Positions 42,212 through 51,413 of a stretch of DNA of 64,000 nucleotides are shown in pieces. Both the position numbers and the translations under genes were made by a program. The DNA lies in contig JAXGPE010000001.1 of NCBI GenBank assembly GCA_040767105.1, positions 68,562 through 132,561 on the forward strand. The letters are read 5' to 3'. The first letter of the stretch is position 1, and each line of letters starts with the position of its first letter. The notes under the pieces were generated by a model that was given only the letters and a program-made list of their open reading frames with translations, was not told where the DNA came from and ran no database searches. The stretch is from Peptococcaceae bacterium (lineage in GTDB: Bacteria > Bacillota > Peptococcia > DRI-13 > PHAD01).

Positions 42212-43225
42212 ATGTCGAAAAAAATCGGTTTTCCTCGAAGTTTATTCTATTTTCTGTACTTTCCTTTCTGGAACACATTTTTTACCGAGTTGGGTTTTGA
42301 GGTTGTCACATCTCTGCCGACTACAAAATACAGTCTCGATTTGGGAGTAAAGGAAGCAGTCAATGATGCCTGCATGCCAATAAAGCTCTATCACGGACAT
42401 ACAGCCGAAATAAAAGACAAAGTTGATGTGCTGTTTTTGCCCAGAATGGTCAGTGTGCGCAAGCTTGATAAAGAGACATTCTGTCCTAAATTCCTTGGTT
42501 TGCCGGATATGATCCGCAATTCGATAGACGATCTCCCTCCGATAATAGATGAAAAGGTCGAACTGAGCAAAGGCTATTTTGCACAATGGAAATTAAGCCA
42601 AAGAGTTGCTGAAAAACTGGGTAAAACTGGTTGGGAAGTTTGGAGGGCTTATAAAAAATCACGCAAGGTACAAAGAGAATATATCGAAGACATGGCTGCA
42701 GGAATGGAGCAGCAGGCGGCTATGGACAAGGCGGTTTCCGGTAAAAACAAAATTGAAATAACAATATTGCAAAAACCGATAAAATTGGCGATCTTAGGAT
42801 ATCCTTACTTGATTTATGATTCTTTTATCAATGTAGGATTACTGGAAAAACTTGAGAATATGGGAGTAGAACCGCTAACCGTTGAGATGGTCCCTCCAAA
42901 GCGTTTGGAGGCTCAGGGCAAAAACCTTGAAAAACAACTGTTTTGGCACTTCAGTAATCGTACGATGCGTGCTACATATTACTATATCAAGGAGAAAAAG
43001 GTTGACGGCATAGTCCATGCGACAGCTTTTGGCTGCGGACCGGATGCTATGGTTGACAAACTTATGGAACTGGAAGCTAAAAATAACGGACGTATACCTT
43101 TTTTAACCCTATCACTTGACGAACACACTGGCGAAGCGGGTGTCATGACAAGAATAGAAGCATTCGTTGATATGTTGAAGATACGGAGGAGAGCAAATGA
43201 AAGTATCATTTCCAATAATGGGTAA
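42212..43225 (+). CDS. acyl-CoA dehydratase activase-related protein (DUF2229-like)
   Basis: 337 aa. N-terminus IGFPRSLFYFLYFPFWNTFFTELGFEVVTS...DACMPIKLYHGH and C-terminus GCGPDAM...LSLDEHTGEAGVMTRIEAF are typical of the uncharacterised domain fused to BcrAD/BadFG activases. Confidence 0.72.
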   Translation: MSKKIGFPRSLFYFLYFPFWNTFFTELGFEVVTSLPTTKYSLDLGVKEAVNDACMPIKLYHGHTAEIKDKVDVLFLPRMVSVRKLDKETFCPKFLGLPDMIRNSIDDLPPIIDEKVELSKGYFAQWKLSQRVAEKLGKTGWEVWRAYKKSRKVQREYIEDMAAGMEQQAAMDKAVSGKNKIEITILQKPIKLAILGYPYLIYDSFINVGLLEKLENMGVEPLTVEMVPPKRLEAQGKNLEKQLFWHFSNRTMRATYYYIKEKKVDGIVHATAFGCGPDAMVDKLMELEAKNNGRIPFLTLSLDEHTGEAGVMTRIEAFVDMLKIRRRANESIISNNG

Positions 43226-44290
43226 TTCCTATATAGCTTTTAAACAGATGATCGAGGAAATGGGACATGAGCCCATTGTCCCGCCCATGCCCTCCGCACG
43301 CACGATGACTTTGGGCACAGCAAATTCACCTGAGTTTGCATGCATCCCTTTTAAAATCCTCATGGGTACCTATCTGGAAGCGATCGAGAAGGGAGCGGAG
43401 ATCATTATCTCTTCCGGAGGACACGGTCCTTGCAGGGCGGGTTACTATGGTGTTTTACATCAAAAAATAATCAATGAACTTGGTTATGACACAAAGGTGA
43501 TCATCTTTGATTCAATTAAAATGGGTTATCGAAGTTTTTTGGGAAAATTGAATTATCTGCTTAAAACAGGCAATTCTTCATGGTGGACGATGATGAAGAT
43601 TTACAGAGGAGTTTGGGATAAACTGATCGCTTTGGATGAAATCGAACTCTTGTCACATAAGATAAGGCCGCTTGAAACGAAAAAGGGGATCACCAGCAAA
43701 ACATATAATGATTGTCTGAATATCATGGACACGGCAAAAACAAGAAAGCAGGTCGCGGAGGCGAGGGAGGAGTGTTTCCGGCTACTCGACACAATTCCGA
43801 GGATCCTACAAGAAAACCCCTTAAAATTGGTATTGTCGGCGAGATATATGTACAGATAGAACCTTATGCAAACCTTGATATACAAACCACCTTGGGCGAG
43901 ATGGGAGTATATACTAAGCGAGGTATCCATCTCACCGAATGGTGGACGGAGACGACTGGACAAACTCACAATGAAAAAGCTGCCATAGCGGCAGCTAAAC
44001 CCTATCTGGATCAGCTTATCGGCGGACATGGCATTTTATCCGTTGGTGAAACGATCCTGCATTCTAAAAACGGATATGATGGTGTGATCCAACTGGCACC
44101 TTTTTCCTGTATCCCGGAAATAGTTGCCAAAGGTATATTAAGTCAGGTAAGCAGGGATCATTCGATCCCCGTACTGACTATATTTCTCGATGAGCAGACA
44201 GGTAAAGCCGGGTTACAGACAAGACTGGAAGCTTTTACCGATCTATTGCATCAACGGCGGCAAAAAAGACTGGAAGGGGCACTGGCGTGA
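43197..44290 (+). pseudogene. second acyl-CoA dehydratase activase-related protein, apparent single-base frameshift
   Basis: N-part (MGNSYIAFKQMIEEMGHEPIVPP...FACIPFKILMG...GGHGPCRAGYYG) reads to a stop at 43857-43859. C-part (PLKIGIVGEIYVQIEPYANLDI...QLAPFSCIPE...IFLDEQTGKAGLQTRLEAF) is in the -1 frame. The junction is near 43795-43802 (ATTCCGAGGATCC; one extra G would give IPEDPTRKPLKIG). Confidence 0.72.
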
Positions 44291-45252
44291 AAGCATATCT
44301 TGGAGTAGATGTAGGTTCAGTAAGTACAAATCTAGTGATCATGGATGAAAAAGATGAAGTTATTGAAAGCTTGTATCTGCGTACTCAGGGGCAGCCGGTT
44401 TCTGTTGTACAAAACGGCTTGAAGATCCTGGAAAAAAAAGTAAGCCCGGATATCGAGATCGCAGGGGTGGGAGTGACAGGAAGCGCACGAAGCCTAACAT
44501 CCGTCTTGGTTGGAGCCGATGCTATAAAAAACGAAATAACGGCTCATGCTGTAGCGGTTTCCAGTATGGTCCCAGGAGCTCAAACCATACTTGAGATCGG
44601 CGGACAAGACTCCAAAATAATCATAATGCGTGACGGGATAGTTGTTGATTTTGCCATGAACACTGTTTGTGCCGCAGGTACAGGATCATTTCTTGATCAT
44701 CAGGCAGACAGGCTAAAAATACCTATCGAAGAATTCGGCGAGCTGGCTCTTAAGGCTACAAATCCGGTACGTATTGCCGGAAGGTGTGCTGTTTTTGCCG
44801 AATCGGACATGATCCACAAACAACAGCTGGGACACGCGACGGAAGATATAATTGCCGGTCTTTGTGAAGCTTTAGTGCGTAATTATTTGAACAATGTCGG
44901 AAAAGGCAAGGAGATTTTAGGTCCGGTCGTTTTTCAGGGCGGCGTAGCGGCAAATGCAGGTATAAAGAGTGCCTTTGAAAAAGCGCTGAACAAAGAGCTG
45001 GTGATACCAAAGCATTATGATGTAATGGGTGCGGTTGGCTGCTGTATATTGGCCCGGGAGGCGACAAGGAACTCTCCGACAAAATTTAAAGGCTGGCAAG
45101 CCGCAGGATGCGATTTCCGGCCAACCAGCTTCGAATGTAATGGATGTCCAAATTTATGCGAGATAATTCAAATCCATGAAAACAATGTTCTTGTTGCCCG
45201 TTGGGGAGATCGTTGCGGCAAATGGTCAAACATAAACTATGAAGCACAATGA
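44287..45252 (+). CDS. BadF/BadG/BcrA/BcrD-type ATPase (putative CoA-substrate-specific enzyme activase)
   Basis: 321 aa. ASKHA-fold motifs LGVDVGSVSTNLVI, GVTGSAR, EIGGQDSK, VCAAGTGSFLD, VFQGGVAAN. Cys-rich tail CNGCPNLC...RCGKW. GTGA overlap with the preceding gene. Confidence 0.85.
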   Translation: MKAYLGVDVGSVSTNLVIMDEKDEVIESLYLRTQGQPVSVVQNGLKILEKKVSPDIEIAGVGVTGSARSLTSVLVGADAIKNEITAHAVAVSSMVPGAQTILEIGGQDSKIIIMRDGIVVDFAMNTVCAAGTGSFLDHQADRLKIPIEEFGELALKATNPVRIAGRCAVFAESDMIHKQQLGHATEDIIAGLCEALVRNYLNNVGKGKEILGPVVFQGGVAANAGIKSAFEKALNKELVIPKHYDVMGAVGCCILAREATRNSPTKFKGWQAAGCDFRPTSFECNGCPNLCEIIQIHENNVLVARWGDRCGKWSNINYEAQ

Positions 45253-45281
45253 TGCTTTGTAATAGAGTCTATTGGGACAAA

Positions 45282-45929
45282 TCATGGAGCCAAACGACGA
45301 AAGATGTAGTATGAGTAAGCAAATGGGACTATGGCGATAATCAGATAACTGGCAAAGGTAATATAACCGGACCATGGCTGTTTAAAGAAGCTCAGGATCA
45401 AACCTAAAAAGCCGGCACTCATCCACAGAGGTGAGCTGAAACGGTGGGTCCTGAACCAAACTTCTTCACTGGCCAGGGTCCATGGTGTTTTTATACCGAC
45501 AAAGTAGTTATGTCTGATCTTGCTCATATATTTACCGATAATAATTATGAGCAAGGAAACCAGGATCCGGACGATCAAATCTACACGCAAAGGGTAGCCC
45601 ATGGCAAAAAGAAGCGAAACAAGATATATGATCCCCAAAAAAAGATGCAAAAGGATACGGATCAATTTGTAGACGCCGGCAAAATTTTCATAATTCAGCC
45701 GTCGGGGATCGATCCTTGGAAATAACAATAATAAAAAATAAAGCGCTAAATTAAGTAAGGGAAGAAAAATTATCCCAAAAGTCTTCCCGGACCATCCATC
45801 CACTTCGCCATGAATATTCCAGTGAGTCGGAATGCTTTCCGGCAAAAAGGGATAGGCAAGCAGCCCGAAAATCAATAAACCCAGAATGGGCAACAAAATA
45901 TACCATTCTTTTTTAAAATCATCAAGCAT
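45282..45929 (-). CDS. SdpI/YhfL-like membrane protein with DUF1648-type N-terminus
   Basis: 215 aa. PESIPTHWNIHGEVDGW followed by several TM helices. Assigned by recognition only. Confidence 0.7.
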   Translation of the reverse strand: MLDDFKKEWYILLPILGLLIFGLLAYPFLPESIPTHWNIHGEVDGWSGKTFGIIFLPLLNLALYFLLLLFPRIDPRRLNYENFAGVYKLIRILLHLFLGIIYLVSLLFAMGYPLRVDLIVRILVSLLIIIIGKYMSKIRHNYFVGIKTPWTLASEEVWFRTHRFSSPLWMSAGFLGLILSFFKQPWSGYITFASYLIIAIVPFAYSYYIFRRLAP

Positions 45930-46077
45930 TTGTTTGCACCTCGGCTTTTTTGCTGATCTATTTCAGGGGCATTCAATATTTAACAAAGCGAATCTAAACA
46001 GAGCATACTTTAACGATAAACCATAGTCAATATGATATAATTGCCTTATGATTCAGCGCTTTTAACGGAGGTGCCGC

Positions 46078-47764
46078 ATGGCTGAGATAGCCTCAAAAGA
46101 CTTATGGAAGATTGCTGTCGATCTGAATAATGAAAGAATCGAGGTCCGGCCCGGGACAAGCATAGCTGAAGTCCTTAAGGACTCAAAAAGTCATGATCCC
46201 GAACTGTTTATCGGTGCTAAAATGAATAACAGGATTGTTGATATAAGCGAGAAATTATGGCAGTCAAGCAATATCGAGCTTCTTGATTTGTTTTCTGAAG
46301 ATGGGATGCGTATATACCGACAAAGTCTTGTTTTTGTCCTGGGTTGGGCAGTATATGAATTGTTCCCGAATGCAAAGCTCGAGGTAAAATATTCTCTTGG
46401 ACAAAGTTACTATTGCGAATTTGCCAATCAGGACAGTTTACTGAACTCCGAGATAGAAAACATTGAAAAAGAATGCAACAGCTGATAAAAAGCAATTTGA
46501 GCATTTACTCAGTTGTTTTAAAAAAGAAGAAGCCATAGAGTATCTGAATAAGTACAAAAGACCCGATACTATAGCCTTGATTGAGAGTATGAAATGGGAA
46601 GAGATCCGTATCCATTTTTCTGGCAAGTACGCTGACTTTTCCAAGAGCATCCTTGTCCCGCGGACAGGGATCTTAAAAGTGTTTACTCTGGAAGCGTTTA
46701 ATCGTGGCTTCTTGCTTTTATTTCCCGGGGTTGAAGATCGTACTAAACCGGCACAAAAATATAACCTGCCCCAACTTGCCCGGGCATGGCAGGAATCCGA
46801 AGAATGGGCCAAAATCCTTGGCATCCGTAACATACCGGGATTGGTCCAGCTGTACAAGCGTGACCATAAGGAAGCGGATAATCTAATACATATTGGTGAA
46901 GCTCTGCAGGAGAAAAAAATAGCCCAGATGGCTGATGAGATATATCAGCGCAGCGATAAAATCAAGATCATTCTTATTGCCGGACCATCTTCTTCGGGAA
47001 AAACGACCTTTGCCGAGAGACTGGCGATCCAATTGAGGGTTTTGGGATTAAGACCGATCGCGATTTCAACTGATGATTACTTTCTGAATCGCGAGCATAC
47101 TCCGCTTGATGAATCGGGAGAATATGATTTTGAAGCGCTCGAAGCGGTCGATCTGAACTTATTCAACAAACACCTGCAAATGCTTATCGAAGGGAAACAG
47201 ATCTTGTGCCCCATATTTGACTTCAATAATGGCTCTCGTTCAGAAAATGGCCGGGAAGTAGCTTCGGAAGATGGTCATCCAATTATCATCGAAGGGATAC
47301 ATTCGCTGAATGAAGAACTCACCGCTGCTGTGCCCAGGGAGAAAAAGTGCAAGATATATATCAGTTCTTTGACTCAGGTGGCGATAGATGATCATAACCG
47401 TATCAATACAACAGATACACGTCTTATCAGAAGGATCGTTCGAGATAATCATTTTCGGGGCCGCACCGCTTTGGAGACGCTTAAATTCTGGCCTTCCGTT
47501 CGCAAAGGCGAAGAAAAAAATATCTTTCCTTTTCAGGAAGAAGCTGACATGTTTTTTAATTCATCGCTGATTTTTGAACTTAGCATCTTGAAAAGCTACG
47601 CATATAATTTATTGAATGAAATAACTCCAGCAGAAAAAGAGTATTCCGATGCTGAGCATTTGTTGAGACTACTGGATTATTTTCCGGAGATATCCAACAG
47701 ATATGTACCGCTAAACTCGATATTACGTGAGTTTATCGGGGGAAGCTCAATAAACGGACGCTGA
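46078..47764 (+). pseudogene. TGS-domain / uridine-kinase-family nucleoside kinase, frame broken at 46.47-46.53 kb
   Basis: The N-terminal 135-aa ORF ends at 46485. The kinase body (P-loop ILIAGPSSSGKTTFAERL, IIIEGIHSLNE) is ORF 46463..47764 in another frame. The combined length (~560 aa) matches single-polypeptide homologues in clostridia. Confidence 0.78.
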
Positions 47765-47895
47765 TCACAGGCTTCAACACAGATTGCTATAGACAGCATC
47801 CTGGAAATAACAGATTGGTGATAGAAACTTTAATATTCCAGTTGACGTTAAAAAAGATTAGAAATATAATTATGTGGAAAGTAAAATATGTATGA

Positions 47896-48006
47896 TCCTC
47901 AGAACCTTTAAGTCAGCCCCGTGAGGCTGATAAGGTAAGTAGGGTGGTTTTTACAGCCGGTTTTTGCCTGCTTGCTAAGGTTTATTAGTGAGCAGGCATT
48001 TTTGAT
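47896..48006 (+). promoter_or_regulatory. PyrR-type transcription attenuator (binding loop + terminator)
   Basis: CCTTTAAGTCAGCCCCGTGAGGCTGATAAGG (47905-47935) folds as the PyrR binding stem-loop and matches the ARUCCAGAGAGGYU consensus at about 11 of 14 positions. Downstream terminator GCCTGCT...AGCAGGC + T5 (47966-48005), 55 nt before pyrB. Confidence 0.65.
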
Positions 48007-48059
48007 GTCAATTATAAAGCGAGCACCATTTATTCCGGATAAAAATGGAGGAATGTAAA

Positions 48060-48995
48060 ATGGGATTAAAAACAAAAGACCTTTTAACAATGGATCAGCT
48101 CAGCAAAGAAGAAATTGAGCTGATCCTCCATACTGCCAAGGAAATGAAAAACATCTTAAAAAGGGATATCAAGAAGGTGCCTACGCTGAGGGGAAAAACT
48201 GTCGTGACTTTGTTTTACGAGCCAAGCACCAGGACCAGGACTTCTTTCGAACTAGCCGGTAAGTACATGAGTGCTGATGTAGTAAATATAAGCACTACAA
48301 CCAGCAGTGTGGTAAAAGGAGAAACTTTGCAGGATACAGGGATGACTTTACAAATGATGGGCACAGATCTTTTTATAATAAGACATGGGATGTCAGGAGC
48401 TCCTAAGCTGTTGGCCCAGACAGTCAAAGCAGGAGTGATCAACGGCGGGGATGGATTCCATGAACATCCGACACAGGCCTTGCTCGACATGATGAGTATC
48501 CGTGATAAACTAGGGGATGATTTTAAAGGGATGAAGGTGGCAATTATCGGAGACATTCTGCACAGCAGAGTCGCCAGATCAAATGTCCATGGTCTCACCA
48601 AAATGGGTGCGGAGGTCTGGACTTGCGCTCCGCCGACTTTAATGCCGGCGGGAATAGAAAAAACCGGAGCAAGAGTCACATACGACATAAACGAAGCCTT
48701 ACACAAAGCCCAGGTTGTTATGATGCTGCGTGTTCAGCTGGAAAGACAAAAAGCGGGATTATTTCCTACACTCAGAGAGTACAATAATCTTTATGGACTT
48801 AATACAAAAAGGCTCAGCAAAGCTGCTCCAGGTGCGCTGGTCCTTCATCCCGGACCAATCAACCGTGGGGTAGAAATCTCAAGTGAGGTTGCTGATGGTA
48901 TCCAGTCTGTTATCAATGAGCAGGTAACCTGCGGAGTAGCAGTTCGGATGGCTCTGCTTTACTTAATGCTGGGACAAAAGGGGGAACAGCAATGA
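48060..48995 (+). CDS. pyrB: aspartate carbamoyltransferase catalytic subunit
   Basis: [27 protein letters not shown]. Start at ATG 48060 after GGAGGAA. Confidence 0.95.
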   Translation: MGLKTKDLLTMDQLSKEEIELILHTAKEMKNILKRDIKKVPTLRGKTVVTLFYEPSTRTRTSFELAGKYMSADVVNISTTTSSVVKGETLQDTGMTLQMMGTDLFIIRHGMSGAPKLLAQTVKAGVINGGDGFHEHPTQALLDMMSIRDKLGDDFKGMKVAIIGDILHSRVARSNVHGLTKMGAEVWTCAPPTLMPAGIEKTGARVTYDINEALHKAQVVMMLRVQLERQKAGLFPTLREYNNLYGLNTKRLSKAAPGALVLHPGPINRGVEISSEVADGIQSVINEQVTCGVAVRMALLYLMLGQKGEQQ

Positions 48996-50287
48996 AATAT
49001 TTATTGAAGGATGCCTTGGTCATCGATCCTTTGTCAGGGATGGAAAGAATAGCAGACATATTGGTGGAGAACGGACTTATCGCGGCAATCGAAGACGGGA
49101 TCGATACCGGACAAAACCCGGTTTATGATTTGAATGGGAAAATAGTTGCTCCGGGATTCATAGATATGCACGTGCATCTGCGTGAGCCCGGAGGAGAGGG
49201 TAATGAGACCATATTGACCGGATGTCAGGCTGCTGCTGCAGGGGGATTCACCGCTGTGGCCGCTATGCCAAACACAAATCCTTGTACTGATAATGAGGCT
49301 GTGGTCGAGCTGATCAAAAAACGCTCTGCAGATGTTGCGCTGGCGGAAGTTTTGCCTATCGGAACGATAAGTAAAAAACAGCAGGGAGAAGAGATCTCAG
49401 AGATAGGATCCATGTATAGAAACGGGATAGTCGCTGTATCCGACGATGGGAAACCGCTGATGAACAGTGAGGTCATGCGCAGAGCGCTGGAGTACACAAA
49501 GCTTTTTGGGATACCTGTTATTTCTCACTGTGAAGACACTAATCTAACTGCAGGCGGGGAAATGCACGAAGGATACTGGTCGACTATACTCGGTCTGAAA
49601 GGTATCCCTGCACAAGGCGAGGAGGTAATGGTGGCGAGAGACATCCTATTATCCGGGATGACTGGAGGCAGTCTGCACCTTGCACATTTAAGCACCAAGG
49701 GAAGCATCGAATTGCTCAAATATGCCTTAAAGCAAGGTATCAAAGTCACAGCAGAGGTCACTCCTCATCATCTTTTACTGACGGATGAGGAGTTAAAAGA
49801 TTACGATACAAGTACAAAAGTTAATCCGCCATTACGCAGCCCTGATCATGTTCAGGCGGTCAGAAAAGCAGTAATAGAAGGCATCGTGACATGTATTGCT
49901 ACTGATCATGCTCCATGGAGCATCGAAGAAAAGGAGCAGGAGTTCAGCAAAGCTCCAAACGGTATATCCGGACTTGAGACAGCAATAGCCGTATGTTGGG
50001 ATACCCTGGTAATAAAAGAAGGGATGGAGCCAAAAGATCTGATCGCTCGTTTTACGACCGGACCCGCTGCTGCTCTGGGTTTAAAACGGGGCTTTATTGC
50101 TGTGGGCGCAGTAGCCGACCTTACGGTTATCGATCCTAAACTTATTCGGGAGGTTGATACAAAAAGATTCTATTCTAAGGGCAAGAACAGCCCGTATAAA
50201 GGCAGAAAGCTTCAGGGATGGCCTGTCATGACTATCGTTCGAGGAGAAATCGTCATGCAGGATGGGAAAGTGAAGGGAGCGCAATAA
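48992..50287 (+). CDS. pyrC: dihydroorotase
   Basis: 431 aa. [23 protein letters not shown] overlap with pyrB. Confidence 0.93.
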   Translation: MKYLLKDALVIDPLSGMERIADILVENGLIAAIEDGIDTGQNPVYDLNGKIVAPGFIDMHVHLREPGGEGNETILTGCQAAAAGGFTAVAAMPNTNPCTDNEAVVELIKKRSADVALAEVLPIGTISKKQQGEEISEIGSMYRNGIVAVSDDGKPLMNSEVMRRALEYTKLFGIPVISHCEDTNLTAGGEMHEGYWSTILGLKGIPAQGEEVMVARDILLSGMTGGSLHLAHLSTKGSIELLKYALKQGIKVTAEVTPHHLLLTDEELKDYDTSTKVNPPLRSPDHVQAVRKAVIEGIVTCIATDHAPWSIEEKEQEFSKAPNGISGLETAIAVCWDTLVIKEGMEPKDLIARFTTGPAAALGLKRGFIAVGAVADLTVIDPKLIREVDTKRFYSKGKNSPYKGRKLQGWPVMTIVRGEIVMQDGKVKGAQ

Positions 50288-50288
50288 A

Positions 50289-51413
50289 TTGAAAGCATAT
50301 CTTTATTTGTCCGACGGAAGAGTATTTTCCGGGGAATCTATCGGGGTCGTTGATGAAACGATCGGAGAAGTGGTTTTTAATACCAGTATGACAGGCTATC
50401 AGGAAATACTCACAGATCCTTCTTACGCTGGACAAATAATCGCTCTCACTTATCCTCTGATCGGTAACTATGGAGTCAACAGCAGGGACGAAGAATCCTG
50501 CAGTATCGCGGCCAAAGGACTTATAGTAAAGGAAATGTGCAGCCAGCCAAGTAATTATCGAACAGAACAAAACCTGCACAGTTATTTAGTAAAACATGGT
50601 ATTACGGGAATCAAACATTTGGATACCAGAGCCTTGACCAAACATTTACGCAAATCTGGAACGATGATGGGTATAATCACTACAGATCCGAACATCGGAG
50701 AATTGACCGCCAGAGCCGGAGAATTGAAATTTCCAAGCGGACCGGAGCTGGTCCAAAGTGTGACCTGCAAGCAAATACACATCGTTTCCGGCGGAGAATA
50801 TCCTATAGTCGTAATAGATTATGGAGCGAAGGATAACATTGTCCGCTCGCTTAAAGCTCTTGATTGTGCGGTAACGGTAGTTCCTGCAGGAACAACGGTT
50901 GAGGACATTCTCGCTCAAAACCCCTCAGGTGTGGTGCTTTCAAACGGACCAGGAGACCCAAAAGACGTTGAGCACACGATACCGGCCATCCGGGCACTGC
51001 TGAACAAAAATTTACCGATCATGGGGATCTGCTTGGGACATCAGCTGCTGGGGATAGCTCTAGGAGGAAGAACTTATAAGCTTAAATTCGGTCACCGGGG
51101 AGGAAACCATCCGGTCAAGGATTTAAGAAGCAACCGTTCGTATATAACTTCGCAAAATCATGGCTATGCCGTAGAAAAAGAAAGCCTTGATGCTCAAGTC
51201 ATTGAAATAACTCATATCACTTTGCATGATAATACGGTCGAAGGCTTCCGGCACAGAAATAAGCCGGTCTTTTCGGTGCAGTTTCATCCGGAGGCATGTC
51301 CGGGACCGCAGGATACGGAACAATTATTTCTGGAATTTTTAGATATGGTCAAGGAATATAGAAAGCAGCTGCCGTTACAAAACGAGGGAGGAAAACCGAA
51401 TGCCTCAGAATAA
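50289..51413 (+). CDS. carA: carbamoyl-phosphate synthase small (glutaminase) subunit
   Basis: 374 aa. [20 protein letters not shown] start. Confidence 0.95.
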   Translation: MKAYLYLSDGRVFSGESIGVVDETIGEVVFNTSMTGYQEILTDPSYAGQIIALTYPLIGNYGVNSRDEESCSIAAKGLIVKEMCSQPSNYRTEQNLHSYLVKHGITGIKHLDTRALTKHLRKSGTMMGIITTDPNIGELTARAGELKFPSGPELVQSVTCKQIHIVSGGEYPIVVIDYGAKDNIVRSLKALDCAVTVVPAGTTVEDILAQNPSGVVLSNGPGDPKDVEHTIPAIRALLNKNLPIMGICLGHQLLGIALGGRTYKLKFGHRGGNHPVKDLRSNRSYITSQNHGYAVEKESLDAQVIEITHITLHDNTVEGFRHRNKPVFSVQFHPEACPGPQDTEQLFLEFLDMVKEYRKQLPLQNEGGKPNASE

